Below, piece by piece: positions 29,408 through 37,750 of a DNA stretch of 49,814 nucleotides (the stretch's first letter is position 1; every line of letters starts with the position of its first letter). Source of the stretch: a bacterium (GTDB taxonomy: Bacteria > Hinthialibacterota > Hinthialibacteria > Hinthialibacterales > Hinthialibacteraceae); assembly GCA_963663405.2 (NCBI GenBank), contig CAXXSM010000044.1:1-49814 (forward strand), in the 5' to 3' direction. The translations under genes were made by a program, and so were the position numbers. The notes beneath the pieces are model-generated. The model did no database searches. It was not told where the DNA came from and was given only the letters and a program-made list of their open reading frames with translations.

Positions 29408-30067
29408 TCAATCACTTTCCAGGGGGAAGGACTGTGGAAACGTCAAGAGAAGAATCAGCCGGTTTTCTTCGGACGGGATGGACTCGATCTGTCCTTTAAC
29501 CATCGTAATAATTTCTGATAGGGCCGCGAGACGATCATTCCAATCCTCTGCGGGAATCCATTCATTATTTGTTAGGTAAACTTCCACTTTGCCGTTATCT
29601 TGCCGGCATTCGATCTCCACTTTGTTTCCATGGTTGGAAGTATACATCAATTCCAAACCGGCGAAGATTCCCTGCTGAACGAGAAACCGGTTGTTCATAA
29701 TCGTAATGGGATTCTCAATGGATTGTAGATGTAATGTAATGCCTTTAAGCGAAGCGAGGCGCTGCGCGATGGCAATGGTGTCATTTACAACGATGGCGAG
29801 ATCAAATTCGGATAGGGTTTCATCCATACTATGCGCGAACCGGTTGAGCCGTTTGACGATCCGTTCGCCCCGCTGGATTTGGGTTTGGATATCGTTGGAA
29901 ATCTTGACGAACCGTTGCGGATCGATCTCCATTCCAAATTCCGCGCCTTCCAGGAGATCGTTCTGTAGGCCGGCCAGTTCATTGACGATCGCCAACACGT
30001 TATTGATTTCGTGTGAAATGCTTGCCGTAATTCGTCCGAAATAGACTTCGCCTTTATTCGGATTCAT
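29408..30067 (-). CDS. Histidine kinase-like protein with intact H-box and degenerate ATPase domain (possible phosphotransferase)
   Basis: ISHEINNVL H-box; no recognisable N, G1 (DxGxG) or G2 (GxGLGL) boxes; no sensor domain. Confidence 0.8.
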   Translation of the reverse strand: MNPNKGEVYFGRITASISHEINNVLAIVNELAGLQNDLLEGAEFGMEIDPQRFVKISNDIQTQIQRGERIVKRLNRFAHSMDETLSEFDLAIVVNDTIAIAQRLASLKGITLHLQSIENPITIMNNRFLVQQGIFAGLELMYTSNHGNKVEIECRQDNGKVEVYLTNNEWIPAEDWNDRLAALSEIITMVKGQIESIPSEENRLILLLTFPQSFPLESD

Positions 30068-30455
30068 GGCTAGACCGCCTTTTGGATTGTTCCACTGCTT
30101 GATTCATGATATCGATTAAATTATCAATATCGACAGGCTTGACCAAATAATCAAACGCTCCTTCCCGCAGTCCTTCGTTACGTTCTTCCTCGGACGCGCG
30201 TCCGGTCTGGAGGATGACTTGGACATGGGGGTGATTCTGTTTAATTGTTCTGAGCAGGTCAATCCCATTGATTCCCGGCATTTTCACATCTACCACAACG
30301 ATATCAAATTCTCGTTCCGCTAGAATGCGCAGCGCGGCGTCTCCATGCGTTTCCGCCACTGTCTCGATCCCCCGCAGCTGAAGACGTTCCGCCAAGGTAT
30401 ACACCAATTCCGCTTCATCGTCGATTAGTAAAACACTATATGGTTTTGGTTTCAT
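30054..30455 (-). CDS. Single-domain response regulator
   Basis: LLIDDE, VVDVKMPGING, LQTG, YLVKP. Confidence 0.95.
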   Translation of the reverse strand: MKPKPYSVLLIDDEAELVYTLAERLQLRGIETVAETHGDAALRILAEREFDIVVVDVKMPGINGIDLLRTIKQNHPHVQVILQTGRASEEERNEGLREGAFDYLVKPVDIDNLIDIMNQAVEQSKRRSSHESE

Positions 30456-30461
30456 GATTGT

Positions 30462-32183
30462 TCAATCAACCTTTTGTCCAATCGGCAGTGTAATGGTGAA
30501 CGTCGTTCCTTTACCCACTTCGCTATCTACGGAAATGTTGCCTTTGAGTTTTGATATGATCCCATACGTGATCGAAAGTCCCAATCCCGTTCCATATTTC
30601 TTTTTCAACGTAAAAAAGGGTTCAAAAATATGCGTCAAGTATTCTTTGGGAATACCAGAACCATTATCGGTAATTGAAATCGATACATTCACTTGATTCA
30701 CAGTCTTCAGGTGGATATCGATCTTGCCCCCATCCTCCACGGCGGCGAAGGCGTTGTTGATAATATTCAGAAATACCTGCTGTAACTGACCCCGGTCGCT
30801 TTGGATCATGGGCAAGTCGTCCTCCGCGTGAATCTTGATCGCCAGATTCCGGTAAAGAGCCTCTTTTCCCAAAAAGCCCAGCACTTCCTCGATTAGATTG
30901 ACCAGATTAACGGTCTCCATTTGCATGTCCATATGCTTGGCGAAGCCCAGCATCCGGTGGGTAATCGTGCGGCAGCGTTCGACCGAGGAAGTGATGGATT
31001 CCGTAAATTGGAGGATCCGCTTTTTATGGGGAAAGTCTTCATCCAGCGAGAGCAGGTCTTTGAGCAATCCAGCTTTTTCATAGATGATGGCCATGGGATT
31101 GTTGATTTCATGCGCGATGCCGGAAGCGAGCCTTCCCAGGGAAGCCATTTTGTTTGTGTATTCCATTTTATGGAACAAACTCGTTCGTTTCCGGTCAGCG
31201 TCTTGAATGCGGGAGACGAGATATGTGGATGTGGCGATGATCAATACAATAATGATTACTACACTGACGATCATAAAAATAAACAGTTCCCGCCGGAGAG
31301 CGAACCAATTCTTTTTCAACATCGACGGATCGGACACGACCATGAAAATAAATGGGGATTGCTGAATATAGGAATACGCCACAATGTAGAGGCGGTCTTC
31401 CAAATTAACATCTTCCATCACCTCCGTCGCTTCGGAAACAGGGGGAACAGGGAAGGGACACTGACCCATCACGTTTCCATAATAGCGGGAAGGGGTTTGA
31501 AAGACACCGAAACTGTTGATGAGAAACGCGTCGCTGGAAGAAGGGAGTGAGAGTGAGCGGATCCGTTGATGTAAAATATCCATATCGACTGTGGCGCGCA
31601 GCACAAAAAAATCGTCCGAATTCTTTTCACACTTCACCGCGATGACAAAATGGGGAAATCCCCGGTAGCCGGTGAACATATCACTGACGGACACGCCGCG
31701 CAGCGTCACGGTGTGGAACCAGCCTTGTTCCGCGTAATTTTTGCCTAAAAGATCGTAGGGGCCGGCGTACGAAATCTGATTGCCCTTGGAATCGATTACA
31801 CCGAGATCGATAAATCCACCAAACGACTGTTTCAGATTTTTTAATGTGCCCGCCAAATGATCTTGATCCGCCAGATCTTGATACGATTTCTCTTCAACAA
31901 TGAAATTCAGGGCGAACCGGCGTTCTTCCAAGAGAAATCCCAACGCCCGTTTCATGTTGGATGTCTGCCGGTGGATCGGTTGGATCATCTCTTCATGCAT
32001 CGCCTGTTGGTACTGATAATAATTGGCGCCGGTCATAATCAACAACGGCGTCAAACAGAACGTCGACAGTAAAAGCACCGACCGGCGCCAGAGACGGCGA
32101 TAGCGATGGACTTGATCCTCGCCTTCGAGGAACATCGATTTTTCGGGAACTTCTTTTTCCCATATACGCGGCCAGATTCTCAT
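30462..32183 (-). CDS. Membrane sensor histidine kinase with Cache-like periplasmic domain (DctB/NtrB-type kinase core)
   Basis: Two TM segments flanking 'YAEQGWF..VSDMFTGYRG'; IAHEINNP, QQVFLNIINNA, DNGSGI, FEPFFT, GTGLGL. Confidence 0.95.
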   Translation of the reverse strand: MRIWPRIWEKEVPEKSMFLEGEDQVHRYRRLWRRSVLLLSTFCLTPLLIMTGANYYQYQQAMHEEMIQPIHRQTSNMKRALGFLLEERRFALNFIVEEKSYQDLADQDHLAGTLKNLKQSFGGFIDLGVIDSKGNQISYAGPYDLLGKNYAEQGWFHTVTLRGVSVSDMFTGYRGFPHFVIAVKCEKNSDDFFVLRATVDMDILHQRIRSLSLPSSSDAFLINSFGVFQTPSRYYGNVMGQCPFPVPPVSEATEVMEDVNLEDRLYIVAYSYIQQSPFIFMVVSDPSMLKKNWFALRRELFIFMIVSVVIIIVLIIATSTYLVSRIQDADRKRTSLFHKMEYTNKMASLGRLASGIAHEINNPMAIIYEKAGLLKDLLSLDEDFPHKKRILQFTESITSSVERCRTITHRMLGFAKHMDMQMETVNLVNLIEEVLGFLGKEALYRNLAIKIHAEDDLPMIQSDRGQLQQVFLNIINNAFAAVEDGGKIDIHLKTVNQVNVSISITDNGSGIPKEYLTHIFEPFFTLKKKYGTGLGLSITYGIISKLKGNISVDSEVGKGTTFTITLPIGQKVD

Positions 32184-32209
32184 GATGCCCGTCTTGAATC
32201 GTTGATGGA

Positions 32210-33436
32210 TTATTCGATCTCTTCATCCGAGGCGGCCTGTTTTTGAATTTTCTCGTAAGCCGCTTTCATTGTTTCGGCCAGTTTGTCGATATCCACAGGT
32301 TTTTGTAAGTAGGCGAAAGCGCCCAATTCGCGCGTCAGTTTTTCTTCCCGTTCTGAGCCGTGGCCCGTTAGAATGATGATTTCTACGTTGGGATGGTTTC
32401 GCTTGACTTCGCGAAGCACATCGACGCCTTGGATGCCCGGCATTTTCAAATCGAGAACCATCACATCCGGTTCGTCGTCTTTAACAAGGGAGAGAGCCGA
32501 TTCACCGTCGTATACGACCTGGGACGGGATTTTTCTCATCTTTAACCGTTCCGACAAGGTTAAAACAAATTCTTTTTCATCATCGACCAGCAGCACCTGG
32601 GAAGGCACTTCGAAATCGAGTGGGGAGATGCGCGGCCGTTCGAAATGCGGTCCTTTCCGGACATCGACCTCCGTGGCATATGGCACAATCTGCGCGATCG
32701 CGGTGACTTTTTTCTTCAACCGCTCGAACCGCCATGTAAATTTATCGATCGTGATGATAACGCGTCCATCCACACAGGTGACATCGAGGTTGTATCCTTT
32801 TTCGATCAACTCCACGTTGACTTGAGACGCTGTGATAAAATCCTCGATAACGTTCTGGGAATCGGGGGTAGTTTGCAGGGATTCTTTTTGAACGTTTTCC
32901 CGGATCAGGGCCACCGCTTGATCGACGGACATGGTGTGAATGGGGATTTTGATGTCATACAGCCGTTTATCCCAGGGGCCGGTGTCGAAGAGATATTGCG
33001 TCCACTGACAACGGGCTTCATCGTCGTGGTCCAGCTGCTGCGCCGCCTTTTTTTCCGTCAAGTCTTCGCACTTCATGGCGCTTTTGATCCGGTATTCATG
33101 ATCCGCCACAATGCAGATTCGAAGAACATGATTTAAGGTTTTGGGGAGGAGATGGGCGGCGTATCCATGATACACAAAATTGTCATTTTTAAGGTACTCC
33201 GCGAACGCCGCCTTGATATAGGCCACACATCGTTCTCTTTCATGTGTTACGTTATTGAAGATCGAGACGGGGCCCTGCATGGCGCGCAGTAATTTCTCAT
33301 AAGGCATCGAATACCGTTCGGACGCCGCCTCCAGGATTTCCCGGTCAACAAGATTATAGCCGAGTTCGCGCGCGGTTTGCTCAGCGATGGCGCCGCCATG
33401 ACAGCGCATCCCGCTGAAAAAGGTGATAATCGACAT
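32210..33436 (-). CDS. Cytidylate kinase-like domain plus (BON-like) linker plus receiver domain fusion protein
   Basis: AGGAG RBS before MSIITFFSG at 33436; degenerate P-loop NMP-kinase-like N-terminus; C-terminal REC (VLLVDDE, LDLKMPG, YLQKP). Confidence 0.85.
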   Translation of the reverse strand: MSIITFFSGMRCHGGAIAEQTARELGYNLVDREILEAASERYSMPYEKLLRAMQGPVSIFNNVTHERERCVAYIKAAFAEYLKNDNFVYHGYAAHLLPKTLNHVLRICIVADHEYRIKSAMKCEDLTEKKAAQQLDHDDEARCQWTQYLFDTGPWDKRLYDIKIPIHTMSVDQAVALIRENVQKESLQTTPDSQNVIEDFITASQVNVELIEKGYNLDVTCVDGRVIITIDKFTWRFERLKKKVTAIAQIVPYATEVDVRKGPHFERPRISPLDFEVPSQVLLVDDEKEFVLTLSERLKMRKIPSQVVYDGESALSLVKDDEPDVMVLDLKMPGIQGVDVLREVKRNHPNVEIIILTGHGSEREEKLTRELGAFAYLQKPVDIDKLAETMKAAYEKIQKQAASDEEIE

Positions 33437-33676
33437 TTCTTGACTCCTCTGACGATCGGCGATCGTATCAAATCCAGACAACGAATTTATGAACCGTAAT
33501 ATTGGATATCTAGTGTACTCAAGACGGCGCTCCATGCAATCCGGTTGGTAAACCATACCATAATTATGGATTCGTTCCAGACGGACGCGCGGTCCTTTAG
33601 TGGGAGAAACTATGCTATAATCAAGGCATCCGGCGTTAAAAAAAAACAGCAAAACAAAACAATATTAAAAGAACTG

Positions 33677-33705
33677 AAAAAAAGAAAAGGACCCCTTCGG
33701 GTCCC
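33677..33705 (-). terminator. Strong intrinsic terminator with no protein gene immediately upstream
   Basis: Minus strand reads GGGACCC-GAAG-GGGTCC-TTTTCTTTTTTT. Confidence 0.8.
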
Positions 33706-33740
33706 GATGGTTTAACCATCCACCTCCAGATAACCGGATT
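33677..33740 (-). ncRNA. Candidate ~65-nt small RNA or leader/attenuator
   Basis: Lies between a TTTACT-N18-TATACT promoter (33776-33747) and the terminator; folds into three consecutive hairpins. No family recognised. Confidence 0.4.
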
Positions 33741-33829
33741 AGAGATAGTATACCTAGAAAATCGTTGAAAAGTAAAAGGGATATTCATCGAAATCGAATC
33801 GAATTGTCTATATTGTTTAGGAGGTAAAT

Positions 33830-35263
33830 ATGAATTCCGTAAGCATCCTCAAATTCACTTTTTTATCGATCTTTATCGTTGACATTTCCATAAGTTCATT
33901 TTCTCAGAACATCAATACACCGGGAAACTTCCCCGATCCGAATTTCCGGTCGACGGTTGAGGAATTCATGGGCGTGGCGCCGGCTGGGGAATTTACAGCG
34001 GCGGAGGCTTCGATTAAAGAAGGGACGCTGGATTGTTCTAACCAAGGTGTTAAAGATATGTCCGGGATTCAATTTTTTCCAACTTTAACTTCAATTATTT
34101 GTAAGGAAAATATCTTAAAAAATCTGGACGTTTCTAATAACAACGCATTGAAATATCTCAATTGTAGAGAGAATTATTTGAGCAGCCTGGATGTCAGTAA
34201 TAATATAACTTTGGAATTTTTTAACTGCGATTATAATAAAATTACAAGTTTGGATATCACCAATAATATTGCTTTAATACAACTCCACTGCGATTACAAT
34301 TATTTAACTAGCTTGAATACTTCAAATAATACTATGTTGAGATATCTCTCCTGTAATGACTGGGCAGGTAGTAATAATGGATTGACCAATCTGGATGTCT
34401 CTCATAACACTGATTTAGAGATTCTATATTGCTCAGAAAATAGATTAACCAACCTGGACGTATTCAACAACACTGCTTTAACTCGTCTAAATTGTAGAAG
34501 TAATTTATTAACCAGCCTGGATATCACTAACAACATCGCTTTGGAGTGGCTCGATTGCGATTGGAACCAATTGACCAGTTTGAATATCTTAAACAATACT
34601 GCTTTGCTTACCTTATCCTGTTGCCACAATCAATTAACTAATTTAGATGTCTCTAACAATACAGATCTAACAGGACTCAGTTTTTCAAATAATCAATTAA
34701 AAAATTTAGATATCTCTAAAAATACTGCTTTACTATGGCTCAATTGCTTTGACAATCAATTTACATGCCTAGATGTTTCGACCTGTCATTTTTTAACTCA
34801 TCTCATCTGTGGGAACAATCAATTAACCAACCTGGATCTTTCCAAAAACACTGCTTTGATTCAACTCGATTGCTTCAAGAATCAATTAACAAACTTAGAT
34901 CTCTCTAACAACACTTCCTTATATTGGCTCAGCTGCTATGAAAATCAATTAACCAGCCTGGATATCTCTAACAGCACTGCTTTGGAATGGCTTTTCTGTA
35001 GTAAAAATAAACTAACCAGTCTTTCAAGTTTTGTTGTCAACAAAGGTCTTGAAACTGGTGATTGTGTGGATGTTCGGTATAATTATATTGGATGTGTTGA
35101 TCCAGATACTGTTTTAAGTGATATCCAAATACTAATAGAGCGAATAGGAGAACCCATTTACTACAAGCAGTTTTATTTTATTGAATCTCTTTTTTCTGGT
35201 TTTGCCATCTGGCCACAAAATGAATGTCAATCAATGGTAACGAATTGGCAACTATTCAAATAG
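33830..35263 (+). CDS. Secreted leucine-rich repeat protein (15 repeats, mostly 21 aa, LxxLxCxxNxLTxLDxSxNTA) with C-terminal W-x-L-F motif
   Basis: AGGAGG RBS; signal peptide; FPDPNFR N-cap; tandem 63-bp repeats at about 34085-35030; ends SMVTNWQLFK. Confidence 0.93.
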   Translation: MNSVSILKFTFLSIFIVDISISSFSQNINTPGNFPDPNFRSTVEEFMGVAPAGEFTAAEASIKEGTLDCSNQGVKDMSGIQFFPTLTSIICKENILKNLDVSNNNALKYLNCRENYLSSLDVSNNITLEFFNCDYNKITSLDITNNIALIQLHCDYNYLTSLNTSNNTMLRYLSCNDWAGSNNGLTNLDVSHNTDLEILYCSENRLTNLDVFNNTALTRLNCRSNLLTSLDITNNIALEWLDCDWNQLTSLNILNNTALLTLSCCHNQLTNLDVSNNTDLTGLSFSNNQLKNLDISKNTALLWLNCFDNQFTCLDVSTCHFLTHLICGNNQLTNLDLSKNTALIQLDCFKNQLTNLDLSNNTSLYWLSCYENQLTSLDISNSTALEWLFCSKNKLTSLSSFVVNKGLETGDCVDVRYNYIGCVDPDTVLSDIQILIERIGEPIYYKQFYFIESLFSGFAIWPQNECQSMVTNWQLFK

Positions 35264-35292
35264 CAAATAAAGCAAATCTCAACAATCCTTCC

Positions 35293-36465
35293 TCATCCCT
35301 CCACCCTAACAATCATCGCAAGCATCTGCTCCATCCGACGCGTATACGTATGTTTCTCCGAGATTTCGCTGGCGGCCATATGAGTCCATTCTTCGCGGGC
35401 GCAGGATTCGTTTAGGTGGCGGAGGCAGTCTTGGGCTAAGTCTTCTGGATTGACATGATCGAGGGACCAGGGGAAGGCGCCTAGGTCGAATTGGTTTTCT
35501 GGATCGATTGTACTCCAATCGAAATATTCTCTCCGCACCTCCGTCGAGAGGAGAAAACCTCCGAGTTGGGGAACGAGGAAATCGCGTTGAGTGGGGGCGG
35601 TAAATCCTTGGAGACTGCGCAGGTTAATGTTGATGTGCGCGGAATGGATCAGATGTGGGTATTCGCTGAATGGATCGAGCGCGCCTTTGAATACCGCTTC
35701 CAGCGGCGCGTCTTGAATTTGGGATTTCCACGCCTCGTTCCCATAGAGCGCCAAGCCCAATGGTTCCAGCGCTTCTAGAAATCGCAGGCGCGAGCGCCGG
35801 TTCGCTTCCGCGTAGAGGTAGTACGCCAGCTGGCCGGTGAGTTGTACCTGTTTGCCGGGCGCGATAGGATCGTCGTTGAGAAGCGTTTGAAAATCGGTGG
35901 ACGGTTCATTCATCTTCCGTTCAGCGATCCGGTCGAGGTATAACACGGTTTCTTCACCAAGTTGACCGCGCATGGGAGAGAGGTCCGGAACGCTGCCCAC
36001 GTAAGCGATGGGATGCGCGTATTCGCTGCGGAATTCCGCCGGAAGCGTTTCCGGCGCCGCGACAGGCAGGAAATGTATCTGCTTCGCGCCCCGGTTTCTG
36101 GCCGCTGGTTCAAAGCCTGGATCGGCGATGAGGACAATTTCGTCCTCCGAGAATGGTTCCGCCCCCATCATGAATGGATCGTCCAGAATCCAGACCAGCG
36201 CCGTGGAGGGAAGCGAATCGAGGCCGGTCTCCCGCTGAAACAGGGATGCGGGATGATTGGCCAGGAGAATCGCGTCCGGATCGAATTCCAATAGATCTTC
36301 ACGCATCCGCCGGGTATTTTGTGGATCGCCTGGATCAAGAGAAAAAACGCGCACAGTTTTCCCGATTCCCTCCAAGCCTTCCACCGCTCCCCGGAGAATC
36401 GAGCGCGCCCCATACGACCGCGGATCGTCAAATAACCAGAATCGTTCTACCATGATTTCTTTCAT
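35293..36465 (-). CDS. Glycosyltransferase (CgeB/Glyco_trans_1_2-like, GT-B)
   Basis: VWILDDP, IAYVGS, LYGNEAW, SAHININL, RDFLVPQLGGFLLS, KHTYTRR. Confidence 0.82.
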   Translation of the reverse strand: MKEIMVERFWLFDDPRSYGARSILRGAVEGLEGIGKTVRVFSLDPGDPQNTRRMREDLLEFDPDAILLANHPASLFQRETGLDSLPSTALVWILDDPFMMGAEPFSEDEIVLIADPGFEPAARNRGAKQIHFLPVAAPETLPAEFRSEYAHPIAYVGSVPDLSPMRGQLGEETVLYLDRIAERKMNEPSTDFQTLLNDDPIAPGKQVQLTGQLAYYLYAEANRRSRLRFLEALEPLGLALYGNEAWKSQIQDAPLEAVFKGALDPFSEYPHLIHSAHININLRSLQGFTAPTQRDFLVPQLGGFLLSTEVRREYFDWSTIDPENQFDLGAFPWSLDHVNPEDLAQDCLRHLNESCAREEWTHMAASEISEKHTYTRRMEQMLAMIVRVEG

Positions 36466-36627
36466 TAAAGAGTTAGATTATCATCCATCATACATTCATT
36501 TTGTTACAGGCCGCAGATGTTCGGGTGTTCGTTTTTTTACGTTAAGGTGGTTGGGATTTATGCCAGGGTATATGAAAATCTTTATCTTTTGCCCACCAAT
36601 TTTATTGTTGGAAGGTTTGATGGAATA

Positions 36628-36732
36628 AGCCAGGGCAGAAAAACGCGGGTGCCCAGGGCAAGGCTTTTTTCTGCCCTGGCTACGTTCCGGAAATTATGCA
36701 AGGGGAGAAATACACCTTGCCCTGGGTACCCG
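36628..36732. repeat. Interleaved inverted-repeat element (copy 1 of a dispersed repeat)
   Basis: Perfect 16-bp IR (36628-36643 / 36666-36681) and a 17/18 IR (36646-36663 / 36715-36732); similar to 45531-45574. Confidence 0.75.
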
Positions 36733-36756
36733 TTAACACCAAACCTGTATTCATTT

Positions 36757-36800
36757 CAATCCTGAATATCCTTTTATCCTGTGTATCTAGATTCAGACAA
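36757..36800. repeat. 9-nt periodic ATCCT repeat ending in ATTCAGACAA
   Basis: aATCCTgaatATCCTtttATCCTgtgtATCTagATTCAGACAA. Confidence 0.55.
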
Positions 36801-36938
36801 TGAATAAAAACTCAAAAAAATGAATTCCTGAAATGGCGTATGAATCTAATATATGTTTATCCATGTTGGTATGATAAAGTTTTTATTGTTACTAGAAACA
36901 GCGTGCGATCGCATGAGAGGATTGAATTTATCATTGAT

Positions 36939-37748
36939 ATGACAGACGCCTTGATCCAATCCAAAACAATAACGATCCCACAGGGAGATGCAACTCTCAG
37001 CATTCAATACCGGGAGACCGGAACCGGCTTCCCGCTGATTTACCTGCATGGCTGGGGATTGGATAGCGCGTCTTTTATACCTTATATTGAGTCTCTTAAT
37101 GATTCCGGGAGGCATATCGCTATCGATCTGCCCGGCTTCGGCGCATCGGACCGGCCCCAGGACGCATGGGGGACGGAGGAATACGCGGATTTCGTGATCG
37201 AATTTCTCCAGCGGCTGGGGATCGAATCCTGTTTGGTAGTGGGGCACTCGTTTGGTGGACGGATCGCGATCCGCATGGCGCGGCGCGGTGGAAATCTCCT
37301 GCGGGGAATGATCCTGATCGCGTCCGCCGGCCTTAAGCGAAAGGTTCCGTGGCGGAAGAGGCTTCGCATTAAATCGATCCAAACATTAGCCCGCTTTGCG
37401 CGGCGGATTCTTCCAGGAACCACCGGTGAGGCGGTGAAGCAAAGGCTGTATAATACAATCGCATCGCGGGATTACAAACAAGCCGGGGAGATGCGGGCCA
37501 TTTTCGTGCGGGTGGTCAGTGAGGATTTAACCCCGCTCCTCCCGGATATCAAAATTCCCGCGCTCTTGATTTGGGGCGCAGAGGATCAAGAGACACCACC
37601 AAGTTTGGGACAGTGTATGCATAAGTTGCTGCCAAATTCAGTCTATATTGAATTGCCCGGTTTCGATCATCATTCCATCCTTGACCGGGGAAGGCATCAG
37701 GCCGGATATCAGATCCGGAAATTTATAGAGCCATTCGTGAGAGACTAA
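36939..37748 (+). CDS. Alpha/beta fold hydrolase
   Basis: YLHGWG, DLPGFGAS, GHSFGG nucleophile elbow, WGAEDQETP, C-terminal His. Confidence 0.92.
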   Translation: MTDALIQSKTITIPQGDATLSIQYRETGTGFPLIYLHGWGLDSASFIPYIESLNDSGRHIAIDLPGFGASDRPQDAWGTEEYADFVIEFLQRLGIESCLVVGHSFGGRIAIRMARRGGNLLRGMILIASAGLKRKVPWRKRLRIKSIQTLARFARRILPGTTGEAVKQRLYNTIASRDYKQAGEMRAIFVRVVSEDLTPLLPDIKIPALLIWGAEDQETPPSLGQCMHKLLPNSVYIELPGFDHHSILDRGRHQAGYQIRKFIEPFVRD

Positions 37749-37750
37749 TC

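Noticed and set aside
33437-33652. N-terminal extension of the CMP-kinase-like/REC ORF, and calling the gene cmk
   Set aside because: A good RBS and the domain start are at 33436. The P-loop is degenerate and fused to a receiver domain, so it is not the housekeeping kinase.
33636-33719. 27-aa hydrophobic ORF as a type I toxin
   Set aside because: SD-to-ATG spacing is 2 nt, the ORF runs through a terminator, its hydrophobicity comes from T-tracts prone to sequencing error, and no antisense partner is evident.
34085-35030. 63-bp periodic repeats as a CRISPR array
   Set aside because: They are degenerate in-frame LRR coding repeats without an identical-repeat/unique-spacer structure, and no cas genes are present.
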